A DNA stretch of 64,000 nt, from assembly GCA_965205975.1 (NCBI GenBank), contig OZ242195.1:864001-928000 (forward strand). Reading direction: 5' to 3'. Origin of the DNA: Candidatus Latescibacterota bacterium (GTDB lineage Bacteria > Latescibacterota > UBA2968). The translations under genes and the position numbers were made by a program. The notes under the pieces were generated by a model. The model saw nothing but the letters and a program-made list of their open reading frames with translations. It did no database searches and had not been told where the DNA came from. Shown here piece after piece: positions 31,116-40,005 of this stretch; position 1 is the stretch's first letter; each line of letters opens with the position of its first letter.

Positions 31116-33029
31116 ATGTCCGTTAATACCCTTCCCAAACCCACTCCTGAAGAAGCACTGGCCGCGCTGGATGAAAGCGAATACAGCGAGGCAGAGTTTA
31201 ATGAAATGATGGAACTCTACGAAGAGACGTTAGAGACCATTAAGCAGGGCGAGATTGTTATGGGCACTGTGAGGTCCATCCACGATGGAATCGTAGTGGT
31301 AGATATTGGTTTTAAGTCTGAAGGCGCGATTCCCCTCTCTGAGTTTGGCGACCCGCCAGCTATAGAGGATGGCGATGAAATTGAGGTTTTTTTAGAGAGT
31401 ATTGAAGATCAAGAAGGTCAGGTAGTGCTGTCCAAGACCAAAGCTGACTTTATGCGGGTGTGGGATCGCATTAAGGATGCGTATGATAGCGATCAGATTG
31501 TCGAAGGTCGCTTGATGCGGCGAATCAAGGGTGGCATAGTGGTCGATCTTTTCGGCGTCGATGCTTTTTTGCCTGGCTCCCAAATTGACATCAAACAGGT
31601 CAAAAATTTTGATCAATTTCTCGGCAATGTGTATCCGTTTCGCATTATAAAGCTCAACAAGAATCGCCGAAATATTGTCATTTCTCGCCGCGTCGTGCTC
31701 GAAGAAGAACGCTCCAGGCTGCGCAAACAGATTCTCGCCACATTAGAAGTGGGGCAAGTGCGTCAGGGGTCGGTCAAAAATATCACCGATTTTGGTGCTT
31801 TTATCGATCTGGGCGGATTAGATGGATTGTTGCATATTACAGATATTGCCTGGGGGCGCGTTGGACATCCATCAGAAGTTTTGTCCATAGGAGAAGAAGT
31901 AGAAGTCAAGGTGCTCAATTACGATGAAAAACGCGAGCGCATTTCGCTGGGCATGAAGCAATTACAAGATCATCCCTGGAAAGATGTTGAAGAAAAATAT
32001 CCGGTTGATAGCAAGGTGATAGGTAAGGTTGTCAGCATTACGGATTACGGGGCTTTTGTCGAGTTGGAACAGGGTGTCGAAGGATTGGTCCACATTTCTG
32101 AAATGTCGTGGACGCAGCATATTCGCCATCCTTCCAAACTGGTCTCCATTAGTGATGAAGTTGAGGTTATGGTCTTGCGCGTTGACCAGGAAGGGCAAAA
32201 AATTTCGTTGGGTCTCAAGCAGGTACAGCCCGATCCCTGGGAAGATCTCGACCACAAATACCCTTCAGGTACACCTCTTCGAGGCATTGTACGCAATTTG
32301 ACCAATTTTGGAGCCTTTGTCGAAATTGAAGAGGGGATTGATGGGCTGGTACATATTTCCGATATGTCCTGGACCAAGCGCATTCGCCATCCAAGCGAGG
32401 TAATAAAAAAAGGCCAGGAATTGGATATTGTTGTGCTCAATATTGATAAAGAGCGGCGGCGCATCTCGCTGGGACACAAACAGACTATTGAAAATCCCTG
32501 GGCAAAACTGGCCGTTACCTATGCTGTGGGAAATGCCGTAGAAGGTACTATTTCACGTGTTCTCGAACGCGGGGTGGTCGTTGACCTCGAAGGCCATGTA
32601 GAGGGATTTGTGCCGGTCTCTCAACTGGGTATTGATGACCTTCAACGTCCCGATGAATATTTCGAGGAAGGCGATGAGATGCCGCTGAAAGTCGTGGAGT
32701 TTGACGAAGATCAAAAGAAAATTGTATTGAGCGTGCGAGAGCGTTTGCGCGATGCAGATCAAGATGAAATAGACGCTTTTCATGCAGCACATCCTCGACG
32801 CGAAAGCACAGAAGTAGCAGTGGAAGATGAAGTCGCCGAAGAAGAAGTCGAGGTAGAAGCGGAGGCAGAGGTAGAGGTGGTAGCTGAGACAGAGGATGAA
32901 GAGGTAGTGGAAGCCGAAGCTGAAGTGGAAGCCGAAGCTGAAGTGGAAGCAGAGGTAGAAGCTGAAGCGGAAGCTGAGGAAGAAGCTGAGGAAGAAGAGG
33001 AAAAAGCACAGAGTAGTAAAGAGGAATAA
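31116..33029 (+). CDS. rpsA: 30S ribosomal protein S1 with a long acidic tail
   Basis: Six S1 domains (FGAFV/GLVHIS repeats); E/A/V-rich C-terminus. Confidence 0.97.
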   Translation: MSVNTLPKPTPEEALAALDESEYSEAEFNEMMELYEETLETIKQGEIVMGTVRSIHDGIVVVDIGFKSEGAIPLSEFGDPPAIEDGDEIEVFLESIEDQEGQVVLSKTKADFMRVWDRIKDAYDSDQIVEGRLMRRIKGGIVVDLFGVDAFLPGSQIDIKQVKNFDQFLGNVYPFRIIKLNKNRRNIVISRRVVLEEERSRLRKQILATLEVGQVRQGSVKNITDFGAFIDLGGLDGLLHITDIAWGRVGHPSEVLSIGEEVEVKVLNYDEKRERISLGMKQLQDHPWKDVEEKYPVDSKVIGKVVSITDYGAFVELEQGVEGLVHISEMSWTQHIRHPSKLVSISDEVEVMVLRVDQEGQKISLGLKQVQPDPWEDLDHKYPSGTPLRGIVRNLTNFGAFVEIEEGIDGLVHISDMSWTKRIRHPSEVIKKGQELDIVVLNIDKERRRISLGHKQTIENPWAKLAVTYAVGNAVEGTISRVLERGVVVDLEGHVEGFVPVSQLGIDDLQRPDEYFEEGDEMPLKVVEFDEDQKKIVLSVRERLRDADQDEIDAFHAAHPRRESTEVAVEDEVAEEEVEVEAEAEVEVVAETEDEEVVEAEAEVEAEAEVEAEVEAEAEAEEEAEEEEEKAQSSKEE

Positions 33030-33110
33030 GATTGCTCAGATGTGTCAAGAGGTTGCAAAGCGTTGGGGCATATCGTCTCAACGCTTTGTTTTTGCAAATG
33101 GCTGATTTTT

Positions 33111-34466
33111 ATGCGAGATCAAAAGACAGTTGCGTTTTATACACTGGGTTGTAAGCTCAATGCCTATGACACGCAGTGGTATGCCGAGCAGTTTGTGGCG
33201 CAGGGTTATCGCGAGGTGCCGTTTGGGGAACTCGCAGATGTTACTGTGGTCAATACATGTACCGTGACTGGTCAAGGGGATGCACAGTCGCGCAAGGCAT
33301 TGCGCAAAGCGCATCGGATTTCGCCTACAGGTACCGTGGTTGCGGTGGGGTGTTATGCACAAACCGATCCAGATGCCCTATCTGCAATGCCCGAAGTCGA
33401 TCTGGTGGTAGGGACAACGGAGCGGACGCAACTCCTGGATCTGGTAAATAATACCTGTTCTTTGGGGCGCACATTTGTAACGCGCAGTCGCACGGCTGAT
33501 TTTCAGGATATGGATATTTACAATTTTGGCGGACGCGCTCGAGCTTTTGTCAAAATTCAGGAAGGTTGCAATGAGTTTTGCTCGTTTTGCATTATTCCGT
33601 TTGCGCGTGGGCGAAGTCGCAGTCGCACGCTTGAGAGTACCGTATTGCAGGTCGAAAAGTTGGTGGTAGCGGGCTATCGAGAGGTGGTGTTGACGGGGGT
33701 ACATATTGGCGATTACGGTGTGGATTTGGAGGCGCGCGATTTGTTGGCGGTGCTGGAGGCTATTGAGGGGATCAATGGGTTGGAGCGTTTTCGCGTGAGT
33801 TCGATTGAAGCGACTTATGTGACCGATGCCATGATCGACTTTTTTGCGTCGAGCCAGAAATTTTGCAGGCATTTGCACATACCATTGCAAAGCGGTGATA
33901 ATGGCGTGTTGAAGGCGATGCGCCGCCCCTATACGCGGGAGCAGTATATTGCGTTGATTGAAAAACTCGCGGACCGGATTCCCGATGTGGGGATTGGCGG
34001 CGATGTGATGGTGGGGTTTCCCGGTGAGTCGGATGAGGCATTTCACAATACGCGCGATTTGATAGCCAATCATCCCCTGACGTATTTGCACGTATTTCCG
34101 TATTCGCCGCGCGGTAAAACGCCTGCAGCGCGCATGACGAATCAGGTTGATTCACAGGTAAAAAAGCAACGCGGCGCAATACTTCGCGAATTGGGGCAGC
34201 AAAAGGTGGCGGCATTTCAAGCGCGGTTTATTGGGCGAACATTGCCCGTGCTTTTTGAGAATCGCCGCAATGAGCAGCTTTTACAGGGGTTGACCGATAA
34301 TTATATCCGGGTGGTTGCGCCCGCACCAGATGCTGCGTGTGAACAGATTGTCGATGTGCGCTTGCAGCGGGTTGAAGCCGATGTGGTCGTCGGAGAATTG
34401 GCGGGTTATGAGCGCAAAATAGTACAGCGTCACGCGCGGGAGTTATTACAGTTGCAGAGTGCATAA
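33111..34466 (+). CDS. mtaB: tRNA t6A methylthiotransferase
   Basis: TLGCKLN, NTCTVT, CNEFCSFCIIP, HVFPYSPR..TPA. Confidence 0.93.
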   Translation: MRDQKTVAFYTLGCKLNAYDTQWYAEQFVAQGYREVPFGELADVTVVNTCTVTGQGDAQSRKALRKAHRISPTGTVVAVGCYAQTDPDALSAMPEVDLVVGTTERTQLLDLVNNTCSLGRTFVTRSRTADFQDMDIYNFGGRARAFVKIQEGCNEFCSFCIIPFARGRSRSRTLESTVLQVEKLVVAGYREVVLTGVHIGDYGVDLEARDLLAVLEAIEGINGLERFRVSSIEATYVTDAMIDFFASSQKFCRHLHIPLQSGDNGVLKAMRRPYTREQYIALIEKLADRIPDVGIGGDVMVGFPGESDEAFHNTRDLIANHPLTYLHVFPYSPRGKTPAARMTNQVDSQVKKQRGAILRELGQQKVAAFQARFIGRTLPVLFENRRNEQLLQGLTDNYIRVVAPAPDAACEQIVDVRLQRVEADVVVGELAGYERKIVQRHARELLQLQSA

Positions 34467-34485
34467 CGCGAAATTTGGACAGAAC

Positions 34486-34520
34486 AGGCCGATTCCAAAG
34501 GGAATTGGCCTTTTTTTTTT
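34486..34520 (+). terminator. Intrinsic terminator after mtaB
   Basis: AGGCCGATTCC-AAAG-GGAATTGGCCT followed by a T run. Confidence 0.85.
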
Positions 34521-34607
34521 CAAAATTCTGAGTATATTCGATGAGAAAGAATTTTTGCGTTTGTTAAAGGCGATTATCGCGGTCCAACAAAATAAAGGAG
34601 TGAGGCT

Positions 34608-35174
34608 ATGTCTTTTAATGCAGGTACTTATGGCGATGTTTTTGCGGAATTGATTTCCGAAAAGCGATTGAATCCACTGGATGGCGGCGAAGAGAATACT
34701 GCGGCGAAAAGCGCGCTCGACGCATTGACTGTGGCGTCTGCATTTGCCGGGAAAACAGTAGTGGATGAAGATATGGCACAGGCCTGTATTTCTGGCATGT
34801 GGTTGTATCACAACTTTTTAGATGCGTCTCACACCATCAGCCAGGGCATTCATACGGCGACTGGAAGTTATTGGCACGGCATCATGCATCGCCGCGAACC
34901 CGATTTTTCCAATTCAAAATACTGGTTTGGCAAAGTGGGCAACCACGCCATTTTTGACGATTTGTGCAAGGCGGCGGTCAGCATTGCGGGTGGTGTTTCC
35001 GGTGCGCCAGAGTTTTTGACGACGCAAGCACATTGGGATGCAGGTGCCTATGTTGACCTGTGTGCCGATGCTCTTGAAGGGCGCTCAGCACACGACGCGC
35101 TTTGCCGCGAGATTCAATTGCGGGAGTGGGAGTTATTATTTGATTATTCGTATCGAAAAGCGGTTGGGGAATGA
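34608..35174 (+). CDS. Conserved hypothetical protein
   Basis: SHTISQ...SYWHGIMHRREPDFSNSKYWF motif; RBS AAGGAG. Confidence 0.8.
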   Translation: MSFNAGTYGDVFAELISEKRLNPLDGGEENTAAKSALDALTVASAFAGKTVVDEDMAQACISGMWLYHNFLDASHTISQGIHTATGSYWHGIMHRREPDFSNSKYWFGKVGNHAIFDDLCKAAVSIAGGVSGAPEFLTTQAHWDAGAYVDLCADALEGRSAHDALCREIQLREWELLFDYSYRKAVGE

Positions 35175-35195
35175 GAAGCCTTTAGAGGATTTGGG

Positions 35196-37838
35196 ATGGC
35201 GACACAACTGACACCGGCGATGGAACAGTACGCGCGTTTTAAGGAGCAGCATCCGGATGCGATTTTGCTGTTTCGGATGGGCGATTTTTACGAGACGTTT
35301 TACGACGATGCCGTTGTTGCATCTCAGCTTTTGGGATTGACGTTGACATCGCGTAACAATGGGCGTGCAGATCGCATCCCACTGGCAGGTGTTCCGTATC
35401 ACGCGCTGGATACCTATCTCGCAAGGCTTATCAAAGCCGGTAAAAAAGTGGCGATTTGCGAGCAGATGGAGCCGCCGCAAAAGGGCAAAAAAGTGGTGCG
35501 CCGCGAGGTGGTGCAGGTTGTATCGCCGGGAACGGTAATGTCCGATGATTTGCTCGATCAAAAGCGCAATAATTATCTTGTGGGCATTTATGTTTCTGAC
35601 GATCAATTGGGCATGGCAACAGCGGATTTGTCAACGGGAATGTTCAGGGCATCGGAACGCGCGGCAGATGATTTGTGGGAGATATTGGAGCGCGTGGCTC
35701 CCGCAGAGGTGCTGGCGCCCGAGGCGTGGGTCAAAGACAACGAAGCCGAGTTTGAAGCGCGGATGCCGGGTGCTTTGCTCACGCATATAGAAGATTGGCA
35801 TTTTGGACAGCATTATGCGTACGATACACTGAAGGATCATTTCAAGGTGGCGTCTCTCAAGGGCTTTGGATGCGATGATCTCACCGTTGGGATATGCGCC
35901 GCGGGCGGGGTGCTGTGTTATTTGCGCGAAAATCAAAAGGGAGCCGTATCCCATATTACGCGATTGGCGCGCGAACACACCGAGTCGGTGATGGAATTGG
36001 ATCTGGTGACACAGCGCAATCTGGAACTGGTTACAACCATTCAAGAGGGGCGGCGCGAGGGTACGTTGTTTGGGGTTTTAGATCAGACGTGTACGCCGCA
36101 GGGCGCGCGGACACTGCGCACATGGCTATCACAACCGCTTGTGGATGTTGGTCGCATTGATGCGCGCTTAGATGCAGTACAAGAATTTGTCGAATCTGCG
36201 GCGTGTCGGGACGAGGCGCGAGAGGCGTTGCGCGGTGTTGGAGACATGGAGCGGTTGATGTCCCGAATTTGTTGCAATCGGGCCAATCCACGTGAGCTTG
36301 TGGCTCTCCAGCGGTCTCTGGAAGCAGTTGTTCCACTGCGAGAAACCCTGCGTGAATTTCGCGCTGATTTGCTGGTGCGGGCGCGGGATCAGGGCATGCC
36401 GGATCTGACAGAGTTGATTGATTTGATTGCCCACACGCTTGAAGACGATCCACCTGCGCAGATTAGCGATGGCGGATATATTAGAACGGGCTATCACAAG
36501 GAACTGGACGAGTTACGGGAAATCGCATCGGGCGGGCGCGATTGGGTTGCCAACTTGCAGGCAGATGAACGCGAGAAAACGGGTATTGCGTCGTTGAAGG
36601 TGGGGTATAACAAGGCATTTGGATACTATATTGAGGTCACCAAGGCCAATCAGGATAAGGTGCCCGCGTATTTTGTTCGGAAGCAAACGCTGGTCAATGC
36701 CGAGCGGTATATCACGCCGGAGTTGAAGGATTGGGAGGCGAAAATTTTGGGCGCAGATGAGCGGGCCAGGGATCTCGAGCGCGATTTGTTTGCCGCGTTG
36801 CGAGAAGAGGTAGCCGGTTGGGTGGAGCCCGTGCAGCGCACGGCGCTATCCGTGGCCACCGTAGATGTGTTGAGCACACTGGCCGAGGTGGCATCGTCCA
36901 ATGATTATGTGCGTCCCCAGGTGGATAATAGCGTGCGTATTGATGTGAAGGATGGGCGACATCCCGCGGTTGAGCAGTTGCTTCCGGGCGGGCAGTTTGT
37001 GCCCAATGATCTGACGATTGACGGCGAGAAAGATCAAATTTTGCTGATTACTGGCCCAAATATGTCGGGGAAATCGACGATTTTGCGCCAGACCGGGTTG
37101 ATTGCGCTTTTGGCGCAGGTCGGCAGTTTTGTGCCAGCGCGCGAGGCGCGTATTGGGGTGGTGGATCGCATTTTTACACGGGTGGGCGCATCCGATAATC
37201 TGGCGCGGGGCGAGAGTACGTTTTTGGTGGAGATGAATGAGGCGGCGAATATTTTGAATAATGCGACGCCGAAGAGTCTGGTGCTTTTGGACGAGATCGG
37301 GCGCGGGACGAGTACGTTTGACGGGTTGAGCATTGCCTGGGCTATGACGGAGTATTTGCACAATGCCGAACAGATTCAGCCGCGGACGTTGTTTGCAACG
37401 CATTATCACGAGTTGACAGAGTTGGAAGATTTGCTGCCGCGGGTGGTGAATTACAGCGTTGCTGTGCGCGAGGCGGGCGATACCATCGCGTTTTTACACA
37501 AGTTGGTGCCGGGCGGGTGCGATCACAGCTACGGCATTGAGGTGGCGCGTCTGGCCGGGATGCCAGCAGAGATGATTGCGCGGGCAAAGGAGATTTTGAA
37601 TCGGCTGGAGCAGAACGATCTGTCGGTGGGGTCAAAACCCCAACCCGATCGCGTGAGGGAGAATGGGCAGATGCCGCTGTTTGCGCCGGTAGAAGAAGTG
37701 AAGGTTGAGCGGGAAGATCACCCGATGCTGTCTGAGTTGCGCGATTTAGATATCACACATCTCACACCGGTTGAGGCGCTGGTAAAATTAGATGGGTGGA
37801 AGCGGGCGTTGATACAGGAATCACAACATGGCTCTTGA
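35196..37838 (+). CDS. mutS: DNA mismatch repair protein MutS
   Basis: TPAMEQY, FRMGDFYE, TGPNMSGKST, DEIGRGTST, ATHYHEL. Confidence 0.98.
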   Translation: MATQLTPAMEQYARFKEQHPDAILLFRMGDFYETFYDDAVVASQLLGLTLTSRNNGRADRIPLAGVPYHALDTYLARLIKAGKKVAICEQMEPPQKGKKVVRREVVQVVSPGTVMSDDLLDQKRNNYLVGIYVSDDQLGMATADLSTGMFRASERAADDLWEILERVAPAEVLAPEAWVKDNEAEFEARMPGALLTHIEDWHFGQHYAYDTLKDHFKVASLKGFGCDDLTVGICAAGGVLCYLRENQKGAVSHITRLAREHTESVMELDLVTQRNLELVTTIQEGRREGTLFGVLDQTCTPQGARTLRTWLSQPLVDVGRIDARLDAVQEFVESAACRDEAREALRGVGDMERLMSRICCNRANPRELVALQRSLEAVVPLRETLREFRADLLVRARDQGMPDLTELIDLIAHTLEDDPPAQISDGGYIRTGYHKELDELREIASGGRDWVANLQADEREKTGIASLKVGYNKAFGYYIEVTKANQDKVPAYFVRKQTLVNAERYITPELKDWEAKILGADERARDLERDLFAALREEVAGWVEPVQRTALSVATVDVLSTLAEVASSNDYVRPQVDNSVRIDVKDGRHPAVEQLLPGGQFVPNDLTIDGEKDQILLITGPNMSGKSTILRQTGLIALLAQVGSFVPAREARIGVVDRIFTRVGASDNLARGESTFLVEMNEAANILNNATPKSLVLLDEIGRGTSTFDGLSIAWAMTEYLHNAEQIQPRTLFATHYHELTELEDLLPRVVNYSVAVREAGDTIAFLHKLVPGGCDHSYGIEVARLAGMPAEMIARAKEILNRLEQNDLSVGSKPQPDRVRENGQMPLFAPVEEVKVEREDHPMLSELRDLDITHLTPVEALVKLDGWKRALIQESQHGS

Positions 37839-38178
37839 AACGAGAATGACCATACCCGACATTCACAAAAAAATTGAGGAAATGGCACAGCGTCTGGTTG
37901 AACAATTTAACCCAGATAAAATTGTCCTTTTTGGCTCTTATGCCAGAGGTGATGTGGGGATAGATAGCGATGTAGATTTGCTGGTGGTCAAACCCATTGT
38001 TGGCTCTAAGCGCGAAGCACGCATTGCCATGCGAATGGCCGTTAGGGGACTGGGGATCGCAAAAGATATTGTGTTGGCTACCCCTGAAGACATAGCAAAA
38101 TATCAAAATGTGGTTGGCACAGTCATTCGATCCGCGCTGAATGAGGGAAAGGTCTTGTATGAACGCGCCGAATCATAG
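37828..38178 (+). CDS. Minimal nucleotidyltransferase (MNT), TA component
   Basis: LFGSYARG...DSDVDLLVV. Confidence 0.92.
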   Translation: MALETRMTIPDIHKKIEEMAQRLVEQFNPDKIVLFGSYARGDVGIDSDVDLLVVKPIVGSKREARIAMRMAVRGLGIAKDIVLATPEDIAKYQNVVGTVIRSALNEGKVLYERAES

Positions 38179-38566
38179 TAAAGAGGTTGCAAAACAGTGG
38201 GTGGAAAAAGCAGAGGAGGATTTTCGCAATGCAGAATATACCCTCACGATGCCCCAAAATTGTCCCTATAGCACAGTCTGTTTTCATTGTCAACAGTGTG
38301 TAGAAAAATATATCAAAGCTATGTTGGTCTTACATGAGGTAGAATTTCCACGGATTCACGACATTGGCGAGTTGATCGGATTGCTGCCCGAAAATATGCC
38401 CTTATCACTTACGGACGAAGAACAAGAACGATTATCGGATTATGCAGTTATGGTTCGATATCCAATGGAGGTAGAACCAATTACTGAGTCTGATGCAAAG
38501 AGCGCACTTCTCATTACCAAACGCGTTCGAGCAGTTGCCCGACAATTGATGCAAAAGATATTTTGA
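38159..38566 (+). CDS. HEPN domain protein, TA component
   Basis: WVEKAEEDF, CFHCQQCVEKYIKA, RIHDI, RYP. Confidence 0.92.
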   Translation: MNAPNHSKEVAKQWVEKAEEDFRNAEYTLTMPQNCPYSTVCFHCQQCVEKYIKAMLVLHEVEFPRIHDIGELIGLLPENMPLSLTDEEQERLSDYAVMVRYPMEVEPITESDAKSALLITKRVRAVARQLMQKIF

Positions 38567-38599
38567 TACACATAACCGCCAAGAGAAATTTTTTTATAC

Positions 38600-38667
38600 T
38601 CACATATCTCACGTCTGTTGAGGCACTGGTAAAATTAGATGCGTGGAAGCGGGCGTTGGAAGAATGA
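38600..38667 (+). repeat. Displaced copy of the mutS 3' end
   Basis: 38600-38658 matches 37753-37811 at 53/59 nt and continues GAA GAA TGA (KRALEE*). Confidence 0.9.
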
Positions 38668-38683
38668 TCAGGAGATAGATGAA

Positions 38684-39187
38684 ATGGCAACTGTTGATTT
38701 GAGGACGGAAGCAAAACAGATTCTCGATAAGCTCTCCGATGAGAGTTTAGAGGTGGTAATCAGTTTGCTGAGTTCTCTCAAAAACCGAGAGTGCCCCAAA
38801 CGGACGGATCTGTTGTCAATCTATCCGTGGGTTCAGTATCTGTCCGATGCGGAATGCGATGAATTTTTCGAGGAACTCTCAAATGCCGCAAAGGACAATG
38901 GTACAGGTGTTGATGAAGTGGTCAACGCCTGGCGGGAGACAGCAGAAATCCTATCTGACCCTGACACGATGGCCGACATTGCCGAATCGGAAAAACAAAT
39001 TGCAGATAGCGAGAGTCGTCTGGAAAACACTGCGCCCGAGATTGATTGGCTTGATACCGAATACATGGAAAAGGCACGAACAGAAGCCGACGATTCAATT
39101 ACCCTCGGATTAGTGCGAAAAGCACTCGCCAAAATTCCAGGCTCAATGAGCGACTTCATCATCTCTGAGCGCGAGGATCGCGTTTAA
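38684..39187 (+). CDS. Putative antitoxin (possibly chimeric) upstream of VapC
   Basis: Acidic 167-aa protein with WRETAEILSDP and a C-terminal MSDFIISEREDR; coupled to the PIN toxin gene. Confidence 0.65.
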   Translation: MATVDLRTEAKQILDKLSDESLEVVISLLSSLKNRECPKRTDLLSIYPWVQYLSDAECDEFFEELSNAAKDNGTGVDEVVNAWRETAEILSDPDTMADIAESEKQIADSESRLENTAPEIDWLDTEYMEKARTEADDSITLGLVRKALAKIPGSMSDFIISEREDRV

Positions 39188-39654
39188 TGGTCGTGTACTA
39201 TCACGATACCAGTGCATTGGTGAAGCACTACCACGAGGAAATAGGCACGGCAGTTGTTGACCAGATTATATCCGTACCAAACAACAGCCACTACCTCTCC
39301 CGGCTTGCAGGTATCGAACTTCGGTCAGCTTCAGCAAAAAATGTCAGGATGGATCTCATCACAGTAGTAGATTTTCATAACTTGCATGGAAAGTTTCAGG
39401 CCGATATCAGGAATGGCCAGTTTCAGATTCTCCACTTGCTGTCGAGACACCTTCAGAAGGCTGAAAACCTGATTATACAACACGCGACCACGAACAGCTT
39501 ACGAACATTGGATGCCATTCAACTCGCTGTCGCCCTCGATTTTCATCAACGGCACAGACTCGATTTTTTTGTATGTGCCGACGCGAATCTGTGCATGGTT
39601 GCAATAGCTGAAGGTTTAGCTGTTATAAATCCAGTGACGCATACTCCTGAATAA
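39187..39654 (+). CDS. VapC-family PIN toxin
   Basis: YYHDTSALVKHY.EE.GT, LRTLDAIQLA.A, FVCAD. Confidence 0.92.
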   Translation: MVVYYHDTSALVKHYHEEIGTAVVDQIISVPNNSHYLSRLAGIELRSASAKNVRMDLITVVDFHNLHGKFQADIRNGQFQILHLLSRHLQKAENLIIQHATTNSLRTLDAIQLAVALDFHQRHRLDFFVCADANLCMVAIAEGLAVINPVTHTPE

Positions 39655-39700
39655 AGGGGATTATGTAGTTAAGTGACCAAAATTACCCTAAGAAAAAGAG

Positions 39701-39848
39701 GCATAGAGGACAAACCTGAGCTTAGGTACAGTATTTTTGTACCAAGGAGGGCGGTGTGCTACGTCTGGGCGAACTTTGGCGAGTCTCTCAGAGCAGTAGC
39801 ACACGGCAATCCGCCAGAACAACCACACAGAAAGAGGTCTTTCTATGC
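39701..39848 (+). ncRNA. Candidate structured RNA / antisense-controlled leader
   Basis: Nested stems: 39701-09/39840-48, 39725-30/39738-43, 39750-53/39812-15, 39754-62/39796-804, 39764-69/39787-92; apical loop UUGGCG. Confidence 0.5.
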
Positions 39849-40005
39849 ACAGATATTCATAGCGGATGAATGAGAGGAATGATGATGTTAAGTAAGGAGA
39901 TCAGTCCGAAAAAGGGGACTGCTAAGTAAAGAAACACAATGACCTGTGTCAAGAATTTTTTGCAAGGAGGAATGGTGTGAAAAAACATTATTGGATTTCT
40001 ATTAT

